From Vulcanimicrobiota bacterium (GTDB taxonomy: Bacteria > Vulcanimicrobiota > Vulcanimicrobiia > Eremiobacterales > Eremiobacteraceae), in NCBI GenBank assembly GCA_963812135.1, contig CAWETU010000001.1, positions 2,176,001 to 2,240,000 on the forward strand: 64,000 bases of DNA, in the 5' to 3' direction. Of the stretch, positions 39,577-50,692 are shown piece by piece. A model generated the notes under the pieces. The model had not been told where the DNA came from. It saw only the letters and a program-made list of their open reading frames with translations, and searched no databases. The stretch's first letter is position 1. Each line of letters opens with the position of its first letter. The position numbers and the translations under genes were made by a program.

Positions 39577-39608
39577 GTTAACCATGGTTGACAGTAACCA
39601 TGGTTAAC
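39577..39608. promoter_or_regulatory. Tandem palindromic operators, probable DtxR/MntR autoregulatory site
   Basis: GTTAACCATGGTTGAC-A-GTAACCATGGTTAAC: two AACCATGGTT palindromes 16 bp apart overlapping TTGACA and the ATG. Confidence 0.7.
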
Positions 39609-40298
39609 AAGACGCGTGACCGGTCGCGTGAGCGGGCGCGCGAAGACTACGTCAAGGGCATCTACCATCTGAGCGGGGATGCGCCCGTGCGCGCCGCCGA
39701 TCTCGCGCGCCACCTGAGCGTCTCGCGCGCGTCGGTGAGCAAGGCGAGACGTGTGCTCGAGTCTGCAGGGTTCGTGCGCACCTCGCAGGGTCGCGTGGAT
39801 GCGTTGCGCCTCACGCCCAAAGGGCTCGAGCTCGCGGTGAGCATGGTGCGCCGCCACCGTCTGGTCGAGACGTTCTTGCATCGGGCGCTGGGAGTGCCGC
39901 TCGAGCGGGTCCACGCGGATGCGGAGAAGATCGAACACACCATCTCGGATGACATCGCGCAGCGCCTCGCCGAGTTTTTGGGCAACCCCTCGACCGATCC
40001 ACACGGCCATCCGATCCCGCGGGCGAGCTCGACCGCGTTCGTCTCCAGCGACGCGCGCCTTTCGCAAGCGCGTGCAGGCGACCACCTCGTCGTCACGACG
40101 CTCGACGACCGCGACGATCGTTCCGTCAAATATCTTTCCGCACGCGGCATGCTGCCGGGCTTGCGCCTCACCGTCGAAGGCACGACTGCTGCCGGCGTCC
40201 GAGTGCGCGCCGGCCGCAAGCGCGTCACCATCTCGCGACAAGCCGCCGACCACGTGCGCTGCGTGGCGGCCGGCGCGAGAAGCGCTAGCCATGAGTGA
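39600..40298 (+). CDS. DtxR/MntR-family metal-dependent repressor with FeoA domain
   Basis: EDYVKGIY, wHTH, RRHRLVETFL, DAEKIEH, DPHGHPIP, C-terminal FeoA-like region. Confidence 0.92.
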   Translation: MVNKTRDRSRERAREDYVKGIYHLSGDAPVRAADLARHLSVSRASVSKARRVLESAGFVRTSQGRVDALRLTPKGLELAVSMVRRHRLVETFLHRALGVPLERVHADAEKIEHTISDDIAQRLAEFLGNPSTDPHGHPIPRASSTAFVSSDARLSQARAGDHLVVTTLDDRDDRSVKYLSARGMLPGLRLTVEGTTAAGVRVRAGRKRVTISRQAADHVRCVAAGARSASHE

Positions 40299-41643
40299 TC
40301 TCGCGCAACCGCCCGGTTTGACCCTCGCGCCGACGCGCGAGGAAGAGCTGCGCGAGCGCGATCGCGCGCGTGTGCAAGACGCGCGCGCGCGACATCGGCC
40401 GATCTGGCTCTTCTTCTTGCTCGCCGGCCCCGGCATCTTGGTCATGCTCGGCGAGAACGATGGCCCGAGCATGCTGTCGTACGCGACGACGGGCGCGAGC
40501 TACGGCGTCGGCTTCTTCATCCCGTTCATCCTGCTGACGTTCTTCATGGCGTTCGTCGTCCAAGAGATGACGGTGCGTCTCGGCATCGCGACACAGCGCG
40601 GCCATGCGGAGCTGATCTTCGAGCGCTTCGGCCCGTTCTGGGGCTATTTCTCCATGCTCGACTTGACGATCGGCAACGTGCTCACACTCATCACCGAGTT
40701 CATCGCTATCCGTGCAGGCGCGGCGTATTTCGGGATCCCCGCATTTGTGGCGGTCGCTGCCGGCGTCGTGATCGTCATCTTGTCGGTGAGTTTTCGCCGC
40801 TACTTCACCTGGGAACGCGCCGCGCTGGCGCTGGCGGCGTTCAATCTGCTCTTCGTGCCGGCCGCCCTCATGGCGCATCCGGATTGGAATGCGGTCGCGC
40901 ACGCACTGGGCACATGGAGTCCGTTGCCTGGCGGCGTGACGGCGGTCTTCGTCACGCTGCTGCTCGCGGATGTCGGCGCCACCGTCACGCCGTGGATGAT
41001 CTTCTTCCAGCAGAGCGCGGTGGTCGACAAGGGTATGACGCGCGACGATCTACCGCAAGGCCGCTTCGACACGGGCCTGGGCGCGTTTATCGCGGCTATC
41101 GCGGCAATCGCCGCCGTGTTGGTCTGCGTGCCGCTGTTCGAACACCACGTCAACGCGGCGGCATTCAGCGGTGGCACCGATTTTGCAAGCGCGTTGCGGC
41201 CCTTCATCGGTGGCCCTGGCGCGGCGCTGTTCGCGCTCGGCATGATCGAGGCTGGGATCGTTGCGGCGATGACCATCTCGACGAGTTCGGCCTACGCGCT
41301 CGGTGAAGTGCTGCGCTCCAAGCACAGCCTGAACGCGAGCTTCGTGAACGCCAAACCATTCTACATCACCGGTGCGCTCTCTGTGATCGTCGCCGCGTCA
41401 GTCGTGCTGATCCCGCACGCGCCGCTGCTCGCGATCACGATCGCGGTCAATGTCATCGCGACGCTGCTGATGGCGCCTGCGCTGGTGTTCTTACTACTCC
41501 TGGCCAACGACCGCGAGGTCATCGGCTCTCTAGCAAACGGCATCAAGAGCAACCTGCTCGGAGGCGCGATCGTCGTTCTGATCACGCTCATGGGCACGGC
41601 CTACGGACTGATCACCGTGTTCCCAGGTCTGATCCCCAAATGA
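40291..41643 (+). CDS. NRAMP-family divalent metal transporter
   Basis: GPGILVMLGENDG, QEMTVRLG, GATVTPWMIFFQQS, about 11 TMs. Confidence 0.88.
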   Translation: MSDLAQPPGLTLAPTREEELRERDRARVQDARARHRPIWLFFLLAGPGILVMLGENDGPSMLSYATTGASYGVGFFIPFILLTFFMAFVVQEMTVRLGIATQRGHAELIFERFGPFWGYFSMLDLTIGNVLTLITEFIAIRAGAAYFGIPAFVAVAAGVVIVILSVSFRRYFTWERAALALAAFNLLFVPAALMAHPDWNAVAHALGTWSPLPGGVTAVFVTLLLADVGATVTPWMIFFQQSAVVDKGMTRDDLPQGRFDTGLGAFIAAIAAIAAVLVCVPLFEHHVNAAAFSGGTDFASALRPFIGGPGAALFALGMIEAGIVAAMTISTSSAYALGEVLRSKHSLNASFVNAKPFYITGALSVIVAASVVLIPHAPLLAITIAVNVIATLLMAPALVFLLLLANDREVIGSLANGIKSNLLGGAIVVLITLMGTAYGLITVFPGLIPK

Positions 41644-41787
41644 GCGATCAAAACCCGACGCCACTGCCTCGCCGCAAACTCTCACCGGGTTTGGTGGCGT
41701 TGTTGTGGGCGCTGCGCTCTGTATGTCGTGCTCGCCGTACCGCTCGTCTTCTACGCGTTTATCAAAGCGCTACACCAAGCGCCGTAA
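41640..41787 (+). CDS. Small single-TM protein coupled to NRAMP (+1 frameshift near 41718)
   Basis: ATGA overlap; removing one base gives MSDQNPTPLPRRKLSPGLVALLWALRLYVVLAVPLVFYAFIKALHQAP*. Confidence 0.6.
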
Positions 41788-41788
41788 A

Positions 41789-41814
41789 CGGTCGAATAAA
41801 TTTCGACCGCTACA
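41789..41814. repeat. GTAG-type REP-like palindrome, copy 4 (intergenic, between convergent stops)
   Basis: CGGTCGAATAAATTTCGACCGCTACA. Confidence 0.85.
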
Positions 41815-44800
41815 TCAGGGCGAGACGATCAGCGTCGATGAGGCCGTTCGGCCGAATTCTTCCGGCGCGTACTGCAACCTTGCTTCGCCTCCCGGCCACG
41901 AGTATGTTCCTGGCGTCACCGAGCGCACGAGGTAATGGAAGCTATACACCCCGGCCTCGAGGTGATCGGCATATGCGACCACGCGGTCTTTATAGATCTG
42001 CTGATAGTTGATCTGCCAGCTGTCGCTGTGCGCTTGGAAGTAACGCGTCGATGTCTGGAACGACGTGTCGACGGCTTCCAAACCGGCGGGCAGCGGATCG
42101 GTGATGACCAGGTGCTCGACCGGATGATCGGCGATCACCTCAAGGCCTATGTCGTAGACCGCCGACGGCGCCAGCGTGAGCGCACCCGCGGGAAGCCCCA
42201 GACCGATCGATCGTATCACGGTCTCCGAGTTGGCCGCGCGTATGTCGCGCGTGATGCGCAACCCGTTGAGGATGCCGGGCTGATCGCCCGTCAGGCGGTA
42301 GCGATATGCGAGGACGTAGTGTAGCGTGCCTGTGCCGGTCTTCGAGAGCACGACGTTGCTCGGCCCCTTGGGCAGCTGCGCCATCGGCACGCTCACCACG
42401 CGCAGCGGATTGCGATAGCCGTTGAAGCGCTCGGATGCCCACTGCTTGCCCGCGACCGTCATGATCGCCGTGAAGTCCGCGTTGTTGGGCTGTGCGCGCG
42501 AGTAGTCCACCAGCGCGGTGAGCGCTGCCGCATTGTCGTAGTACTCCGGCCACGAACCGCGCACGCGTTGCGCGATCACCACGCGCACAAGTTTGTCTTG
42601 GAGTTCCATCTGCGCATTGCGCGCGACGAACAAACGCAGCGCGGCCGCCTGTGCGATCGTCGGCGTGCTCAGCCAGCCCACGCGACCCGGCAAGTTGAGC
42701 GACGCGTTGCGCCCGGTCTCGTAGATCGATTGTTCGATCTTCAGCGTCATCGCCGTCGCCTGCGCGCTCCACGCCGGGAAGCGCGTGAGATAGCGCGCGA
42801 GGTTGATCTGGTCGACAGTGTCGAGATCGTCGCGTGCGGCGTAGATGTCGCTGAGGTAGTCGTTGCGCGCTTCACCCAGATCCGCCAGCGCGAGGAGCGA
42901 GCGCAGGCGCAGTTCGTCCGCGCACAGCTGATTGCAATATGGGATCTCGTCAGCCTTCGCGATGGTGTGCTTCAGATACGCGCGCACTTTTGCGAGCATG
43001 CCCTCGTCGACCGCTAGCCCCGCGCTCTGCGTGCGAGCGAGCGCTTCGCCGGCGTACGGCGTCACCCACGGGTCCGAGTCCTTGCCGGTCGGCCACGACG
43101 GGAAGCCGCCGTCCGGCAATTGCATCTTCTGCAGTCGCAGCACGTCGTTCGCCGCGGCCGTCACAGGATGGAAGTCTGGGTAGATCTGGCCGTAGCGCGT
43201 CGCGAGGATCTGCATGTTCGCCGTGATCATGAGCTGGCTCGCGATCGGCTCGAGGAACGGCAGGTCCTCATCTTCATCGAGGTCGGCTTTTGCGGCCGAC
43301 GTGAACTCGGGCAGCAAGATGCTCGCGAGCTCGACGTCGAGCCCGCCCAGGCTCGTGTCGACCTTTTGGTCGACGTTGATCGGCACCGTGCTCGACGTGT
43401 TGGTCGTGCTCGCTTCGATGGCGGATTCGACCAGCGGCAGCGTGCGCAGTTCGAGCGGCACCTCGAACGCGTCGCTCAGCGTACCGAGTTTCGTGGTGAA
43501 GCGCACGCTTGTCTTGCCGAGGCCGGTCGCGGTCATCGCGAAACGATACGCCTGCGTGCCCGACTGCACCGACGGCGAGCTCGACGTGAACTGCGATTGC
43601 TGCCCGTTGTTGACGAACGCGAGCGGGCCGCTGAGCTGGCCCTGGATCGAGAGCTGGCCGTTGAGATTGTCCGCGTTGGTGACCGTGATGCCGGCCGAGA
43701 ACTGATCGCCGGGTCGCGCGAATTGCGGCAGCACCGCGTTGGTCAGCAGCGGCTTCGAGGTGATGAAGGTCGCGTCGCCGCCGCCGAACCGCCAGTTCGC
43801 GCTGGAGCTGCCCGAGCCGCTGACCGCCACGGCGAGGACGCGCCACGTCGTCAGATCGTCCGGCAGCGTGAATGTGACGCTGCCGTTGCCCGACGCATCG
43901 GTGAGCAGTGCGCCCTTGTAGAATGCGAGCGGCTGGAAGTTCGTGCGAATGCGCGTGCCGGCGGCGCCTTCGGAAGGTCCGCCGCCATAGCCCCATCCCT
44001 TTTGCAGCGGCGATGCGAAGGGCCGCAGCACGACGTTCGGACGGTTGTCGGAGAACCGCGTCGGGATCGGCTGCACGGCGAACACCGTGTCGATGAGACT
44101 CGGCGGCCGGTAGCCGGACAGTTGCAGAATCGCTTCGTTGACCACCATGACCGCGAACTCGCCGCGGATCGGCTGGCCATTCGCGTCGCGCATCTGGAGG
44201 TGCACGGTCTGCGATTGACCGGGTTCGAGTTTCGCTTTGGCGGGCGTCAGCGTGACTTTGAGCCGACGGTCGTCGAGATTGACCGTGAGCGGCGCGAAGC
44301 CGGTGCGCGACAGGCTATCGAGACTGTCGGGCACGGATGCTGAGAGCGGCGCTCCGGTGCGCACGAGCACGGCCTCGACCGCGGCATTGGGGAGCATGTC
44401 GGGCGTGACGGTGAAGCTGACGCGCGGCGCGCCGCCCGAAACCGTCACGACCTTTTGGAACAGCGGCTTGTATCGCACGACGCTCAGGTAGAGCTGGCCC
44501 GCGGGGTATGGCGATTCGATGAGCGCCGTCGCGGTATCGCCGGGCTTGTACTTGGTCTTGTCGAGCTTGACCGTCAGCCGGCCGGGATTTTCGTTGCCCC
44601 AATCGACGATGTCGGATCCGGCTGCCCAGACCTCGAGGTCGGTCGCGGTGGCATCGTCTTTGGCGCCGGCGAGATTGGCGCGAATGCGATAGACGCCCGA
44701 GCTGGGCGGCGTGAAGGTGATTTTTTGCGGCGTTGTGCCGGAGGTGACGTCGGACTGTGCGACCGTCTTGTATTCGACTTGCCAGCGATCGTTGGAACTG

Positions 44801-47479
44801 CCTTGCGTGAGCTGGGTGACGCTGCTGTACTTCACCGTCTGCAGCTCGACATGCACGCGCTGGCCGTCGCGCGGCGCGCCTTGCGGATCGGTGACGATCA
44901 CCTGCACCGGATACGCGACGCCGGTCTGCGCGACCCAGTCGCCTTGCAGGCCGATGAGCGAATCGCCCGGCAACGCGGTGAACGTCTTCGAGTCGGCCAC
45001 GGAGAGGTTGGACGCATCGGTCGTCTCCATGTCGACGCGATAGTCCATCGGATAGGGGAGATCGTTCGCCACGGTGATGTTCAGGCTGCTCGTGCCGTCC
45101 GCGGGTATGTCGCCGGCTGCTTGCGTGACATCGCTCGGCATGGACGGCGGCTGCTCGGGCCAGAACCACTGGCGCCCGAACGAATACTGATCCCAACCTT
45201 TGGGTTGGAACGTCGATTGCTGGCGCGTGACGTAGAACTTGTACTTGCCGCCTTGCACCGGCGCACCGAACAGGTACATGCTCTTCGCCGTCGCGGCCAC
45301 CGTTTGGCCGGCCTGGGCGAACTGCTTGTCGAGATTCACCGCGACACTGAAGTTCGGGGGCTTGAACTCGGCGACGCGGAACGTGCCGTCGATCTTGACG
45401 CCGTTGCCGCCTTTCCCCTCGAGCGTGTAGTAGCCGAGCGGCTGAGTCGCTTTGAAATGCAGCTGCACCGAGAACGCGCCGTACGCATCGGTCGTGACGC
45501 TGCCGGCGTCGGCAGAGCCGCCGTCGGGATCCAGCAGGCTGAGCTTGTAGGTGGCGTTCGCGTCGCGCACGAGTTGGCCGTTCGCGAGGTAGTACGCTTC
45601 GCCGGTGAACCAGCCGGACTCGCCGGGCTGGTAGAGCATGCGGTCAGAGAAGATGGTGCCGCGCGATTGCGGATCGGCGTTCCACTCGCTGTTCATGTCA
45701 TAGTCATACGCACCGCTGTACTCGAGCGTGCGGGTGAAGGCCCAGTCGGAGCCTTCGTGCGCCACAGCGAGCAAAGACGGCGCGCTTGCGAAGATCGAGG
45801 CGCCGCCCATGCATTGCGACAACGCGCCCGCCGTGAACGTCACGAGACCGGTGGTGTCCGTGGTGCCTGACGCGCATGCGGACACAGGCAGACGCCGGTT
45901 GTCGTCCAGACGCGAAGGCCAGATCTCCACGCGAGCGCCGCCGCGCCGGCGAGCCGTCGGAGAGATGGTTGACGCGGACGAGCCCGGCGGCGGGGAACCA
46001 TTGGGCGAAGATGCCGAGGTTGGTGAGCTGCACGGCACCGCTCGGCGTCGACTGGTCGGCTGCGCCCGTGTCGGCGATCGCGCCGTACGCGAGCAATCCG
46101 GTGTTGCCTTTGAGTCGCGCGCGCAACGGCACGCTCACGCGCGTGGGCACATTCGCCGCTGCATCCGCCTTGACGGTGGTCGTGTCGTGGAGAAACGCTC
46201 GCGGATCGTTGACCGGATCATCGTAGACGAGCTGCGAGGGCGTGACCACGGCGAACGATTGCTCGAAACGCCTGCGCGGCAGGTTGACGGCCCACAGATC
46301 GAGCTGGAGATTGTCGCCGGACGGGAAGATGAAGAACCCCGACGGCACCCAGACGGCCGGCGTGAGAAAGCCGGTCGCGTAGCTCACGGTCTTCGAACTG
46401 CCGAAGGTCTGGCCGAACGTGTCTTTGAGCCCGGGACCGATCGTGATCGTGTAGCTCGTCGACGGGTCGAGCGGGCTCTCGTCGATGTAGACGTATTTGT
46501 CGCCGTCGTCCGCGCGGAATATCTGCGGCGCACCTTTGGGCGTCGGACTCAAGGTGATGTTCTTCGCCACCGAGTCGCCGTTGAGCGGGTTGTTGAACTC
46601 GAGCCGCTCGGGCGGCCCGCTGAAGCGCCCGGTGTAATCCTCCGGGTTGAGTTTGACGAACGCGAGCGGGCCGTAGACCGCGAAGTCGCCGCTATACGAA
46701 TCGGTGCTCGGGAGGTTCCCGTGCGCGGGCATGATGCCAGGCGTGAATTGCAGCGAGTAGGTCTGGTCGTGCGCCAAAGCAGAGCTGGGCGAGACGTCGT
46801 AGATCCAGGGCTTTTGCGAGGGATCGAATTTTTCTTGTGACTGATCGTCATTGGGACCGGGTGTCGGCTGCTTTTCCAGTTTCACGGTGATCGCGACCGG
46901 CGCGACGCCCTTGGCCGAGATGCTCCCGTGCTGCGCGAGCGACGTTTGATCTAGTTCCACGTTGGATTGGATCTGGAACGTCGGCTGCGGACCGACGGGC
47001 GTCGAATTGTCATCGACCGTCGGCAGGCCGTCCAGCGCGATGCCCGGCGTCGTGAACGTCCACGCGATGTCGTTGGCCAGCGTGTTGTTATTCATGTCGG
47101 TCAGCCCGGCGTGCACGACGACCTTGATGCGAGTGGCGATGGGCAACGCTTGGTCGGCCTGGAAGCCGACCATGCGGGGCGTCAGAAATCGGAAGTGGCC
47201 GGCGAGCGCGGGCGTGACGCTGAAATACCCGAGTTTGGCCTGTTGCGACGGCGTCTCGATGGCTTCGACCGGGATGAGCGGCAGCCGGAAACGGACCCGG
47301 ATCTGCGCGTAATTGTCCGCCTCGCCGGTGGGGCTGATCTGTTCGACCCAGGCGGGGACCTTGGGATTGGGCAGCGGCGACACCGCCGGCATCGGGCCGG
47401 CGCCCGGCTTGCCGCAACCTGCCAGCGCAACAAGAAAAGCGACGACCAGAAGATACTGCCGCCGCGCGACCCTTCGCAT
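41815..47479 (-). CDS. Bacterial alpha-2-macroglobulin family lipoprotein (+1 frameshift near 45945)
   Basis: LAGC lipobox, Ig-like domains, SDRMLYQPGE, FRVAEFKPP, RTNF, LPDDLTTWR, DPLPAGLEAVD, YLVRSVTPG. Confidence 0.9.
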
Positions 47480-47548
47480 ATCCGCCCTCGGTCGAACGCT
47501 TGCCCGACCGCTCCAAATTGTCAGACGATAGATAAGTGCGCGTTTCAA

Positions 47549-47574
47549 GAACGCGCTATAACATTAGCGCGTTC
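47549..47574. promoter_or_regulatory. Perfect 10-bp inverted repeat between fumC and alpha-2-macroglobulin
   Basis: GAACGCGCTA-taacat-TAGCGCGTTC. Confidence 0.5.
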
Positions 47575-47619
47575 GGGGTGCGGCGTCAAATGGATTTTTT
47601 GTGCGGGCGGTCTAGCGGT

Positions 47620-49047
47620 CTAGCCGCCGCCCGCGCCGACCCGGTCTGCGCTCGGTTCGACCATCAGCGCCGGGTCGAGGATCTTCGCCAGCTCTTCTTC
47701 TGACAGCTTGGTCTTCTCTCGGGCGACCTCTCGAATCGACTTGCCGGTGGCGGCCGCCTCTTTGACGATCGCCGCCGCGGCGTCGTAGCCGATGATGGGC
47801 GCCAGACTGGTGCCGATCGCCAAGCCGCGCTCGACCATGTCGGGACCCTTGTTGGTGGCCTTGAGCCCGTCGACCGCTTGGCGCGCGAAGTTCTTGGACG
47901 CGTTGGCCAGCAGCTCGATGGATTGGAGCAAGTCGTAGGCCACGAGCGGCATGGTCAGGTTGATCTCGAAGTTGCCGCTCTGCCCGCCGACCGTGATGGC
48001 CGCGTCATTGCCGATGACCTGGATGCAGACCATGAGCACCGACTCGGCGATGACCGGATTGACCTTGCCCGGCATGATAGACGAGCCAGGCTGGACCGCC
48101 GGCAGTTCGAGCTCGCCGATGCCGGCTCTCGGGCCGGATCCCAGCCAACGGACATCGTTGGCGATCTTGGTCATCGATACGGCGATCGTCTTGAGCGCGC
48201 CGCTTGCAGCGACCGCGTTGTCGAGCGCCGATTGGGCTTGGAAATGGTTGCTGGTCTCGCGGATCTTCAGGCCGGTCATCTGCGAGAGCTTGGCGGTCGC
48301 GCGTTTGGCGAATTCTGGATGGGTGTTGATGCCGGTGCCGACGGCCGTGCCGCCGAGCGCGACTTCGCTCAGCTCTTCTTGTGCGGCTTGGGCGCGCGCG
48401 ATGCCGCGCTCGATCTGTCCGGCGTAGCCCAGAAATTCTTGGCCGAGCCTTATCGGAGTCGCGTCCTGGAGGTGGGTGCGGCCGGTTTTGATGATCCCCC
48501 AGAACTCTTTGGACTTCTTCTCTAATGATGCTTGCAGAATGCGCAGCGCGGGAATGAGGTCTTCTTTGATCGCGCTGGCGGCGGCGATGTAGGTCGCCGT
48601 CGGGATCACGTCGTTGCTGGACTGGCCGAAGTTGACGTGGTCGTTCGGGTGGATCTTCTTGCCCTTGGCCGCTTCGCCGGCGATCTGGGTTGCGCGATGC
48701 GCGATCACTTCGTTCGCGTTCATGTTCGTCGACGTGCCCGAGCCCGTCTGGAAGGTGTCGACGACGAAATGCGAGTCGTGCTTGCCGTCGATGACCTCTT
48801 GCGCCGACTTGACGATCGCGTCGGCGATCTGCTTGTCGATCAACCCAAGCTCGGCGTTGGTCTGCGCGGCGGCGAGCTTGACCTGGCCGAGCGCCTTGAT
48901 GAAGCGGCGCGGGTAGCGCAGATTGCTGATCGGGAAGTTGAGCGCGGCTCTTTGGGTGCTAGCGCCATAGAGCGCGGACGCAGGCACCTGCATCTCGCCC
49001 ATGGAGTCTTTTTCAGTTCTGGTTGTCACGTCGTTGCCTGTCTTCAT
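47620..49047 (-). CDS. fumC: Class II fumarate hydratase
   Basis: EKDSMG, QTGSGTSTNMNANE, HPNDHVN, GRTHLQDA, GSSIMPGKVNP. Confidence 0.93.
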   Translation of the reverse strand: MKTGNDVTTRTEKDSMGEMQVPASALYGASTQRAALNFPISNLRYPRRFIKALGQVKLAAAQTNAELGLIDKQIADAIVKSAQEVIDGKHDSHFVVDTFQTGSGTSTNMNANEVIAHRATQIAGEAAKGKKIHPNDHVNFGQSSNDVIPTATYIAAASAIKEDLIPALRILQASLEKKSKEFWGIIKTGRTHLQDATPIRLGQEFLGYAGQIERGIARAQAAQEELSEVALGGTAVGTGINTHPEFAKRATAKLSQMTGLKIRETSNHFQAQSALDNAVAASGALKTIAVSMTKIANDVRWLGSGPRAGIGELELPAVQPGSSIMPGKVNPVIAESVLMVCIQVIGNDAAITVGGQSGNFEINLTMPLVAYDLLQSIELLANASKNFARQAVDGLKATNKGPDMVERGLAIGTSLAPIIGYDAAAAIVKEAAATGKSIREVAREKTKLSEEELAKILDPALMVEPSADRVGAGGG

Positions 49048-49142
49048 GCGGACGGCTTTCGGCGCGTGCGCCTGGCCGGCCCTCGGGATCCTTCGACGGA
49101 CGTCTCACTTAAAGCGAACCTCCAGCACGTGAAAACCTGTCC

Positions 49143-49713
49143 CTAGATGGCCGGACGTGGTGGTAAGCCGACATACGTCGCGATCTCGGTGCCGATGGGA
49201 AGTCGTGGGCGGATGTCCCCGACGAGCACCGCACCGGCGAGCGCGGGCGCGTTGCGATCGGACGCTGCAGCGACTTCTTCATAGTACACGCCGAAATGCG
49301 GCAACGCGTTGGTGTCGACGAACTCGCGCGCGCTGACGTCGTAGTCTTCGTCATCGGCGCCGCCGGCCTCGAGCGGGTGGCCCTCCCAATATCGCGTGTA
49401 CGTCCAACCGCCGGTCTCGTCGCTGTAGGTCAGCGCGAGCGTTTCGGCTTTGAGGATGTCCGACAGACCTTCGGCCACGCCGCCGTCGTCGAGCGGATGG
49501 CCGTCCTCGATCACCGTCGTCCAATCGTCCTCTTGCGGCAGCAATGCGAAGCTGCGAATGCGTTTTGACGACGTGACGGGATCGGGCGTCGGCTCGAGTC
49601 CACGTTCTTGCGTCGGCGGTGCGCGTCGCGTCGGCCATCAGCTCGTCGAGCGCGTCTCTGACCTCGTGCAGCGGCACGTCCTTCACGTAGACCGTGCCGA
49701 AATCGAAACTCAC
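49143..49713 (-). CDS. Hypothetical protein (+1 frameshift near 49620)
   Basis: GTG after GAGG; VSFDFGTVYVKDV... continues in the next frame as ...RIRSFALLPQEDDWTTV... Confidence 0.55.
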
Positions 49714-49723
49714 TTGATCGGCC

Positions 49724-50614
49724 TCATCGGCTGAAGATGCTGCGCACGACGAAAAACACGTTCTCTCGTCGCTCGGCGAGGCGGCGGTAGAAATAGCCCG
49801 CCCAATGGGTGCCGAACGGCACGTAGATGCGCACGTTGTAGCCTTGGCGCCGCAGTTCACGCTGGCGTCGCGTGCGGATGCCGTAGAGCATTTGGAATTC
49901 GAATTTGTCCTGACCGATGTTGTTGGCTTTTGCGAATTCTTGCACCGCTGTGATCAGCCGTTCGTCGTGCGTCGCGATGCCGGGATAATTGCCACGGGTG
50001 AGCAAGGCCCGGGCGAGGGTCATATAGTGTTCGCGGATCTCGGGCATGCTCTGCAACGCGACGCTCGGCGGCTCTTTATACGCGCCTTTGCACAGTCGCA
50101 CGCGCATGTTTTCTGCGATTGTGCGTTCGACATCGGCATCGGCGCGTTTGAGGTAGGCTTGCACGACCGGCCCGATCTCTTTGTATTGCATGCGGGCGCG
50201 GTCGAGGATTCGATAGGTCGAGTCGACGGTCGCCGAGCCTTCCATATCCAGCCTGATGAACATGCTTTGTGTCCGTGCATGATCGATGATGTGCGAGAGA
50301 TTCTCGAATGCGACGTCGTCGGAGATCGCTTGGCCGATGGCGCTCAGCTTCACCGAGACGTTGCATTCGGCGTGCGCCTCTGCGATGCGGTCGATCATCG
50401 TCTGGTACACTTGCGCGGTGTGCGCGGCTTCGGTCTCCGAGAAGACGTCTTCGCCGAGGAAGTCGAGCGAGGCGGTGAGGCCGTCGGCGTTGAGCGCTTT
50501 GACGGCGTCGAGCGCACTGTCAATCGTCTCGCCGGCCACGAAGCGGCGCGCCAGAAAGAATAGGCGCCGCTGCAACCCGGGGCGCTTGTTGAGGACGTCG
50601 GCAAACGTGGCCAT
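49724..50614 (-). CDS. Monofunctional proline dehydrogenase
   Basis: RFVAGE, DFLGE, SVKLS, RLDME, RLCKGAY, ATHD, EFQMLYG, YFYRRLAER. Confidence 0.93.
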   Translation of the reverse strand: MATFADVLNKRPGLQRRLFFLARRFVAGETIDSALDAVKALNADGLTASLDFLGEDVFSETEAAHTAQVYQTMIDRIAEAHAECNVSVKLSAIGQAISDDVAFENLSHIIDHARTQSMFIRLDMEGSATVDSTYRILDRARMQYKEIGPVVQAYLKRADADVERTIAENMRVRLCKGAYKEPPSVALQSMPEIREHYMTLARALLTRGNYPGIATHDERLITAVQEFAKANNIGQDKFEFQMLYGIRTRRQRELRRQGYNVRIYVPFGTHWAGYFYRRLAERRENVFFVVRSIFSR

Positions 50615-50692
50615 GCGGCATGAGGCTTACCACGCGCGAGCGCGGCGCGCCTTCGGCAGGAGTCGTCAGGCTTGCGACCGCACCTGCACGCC

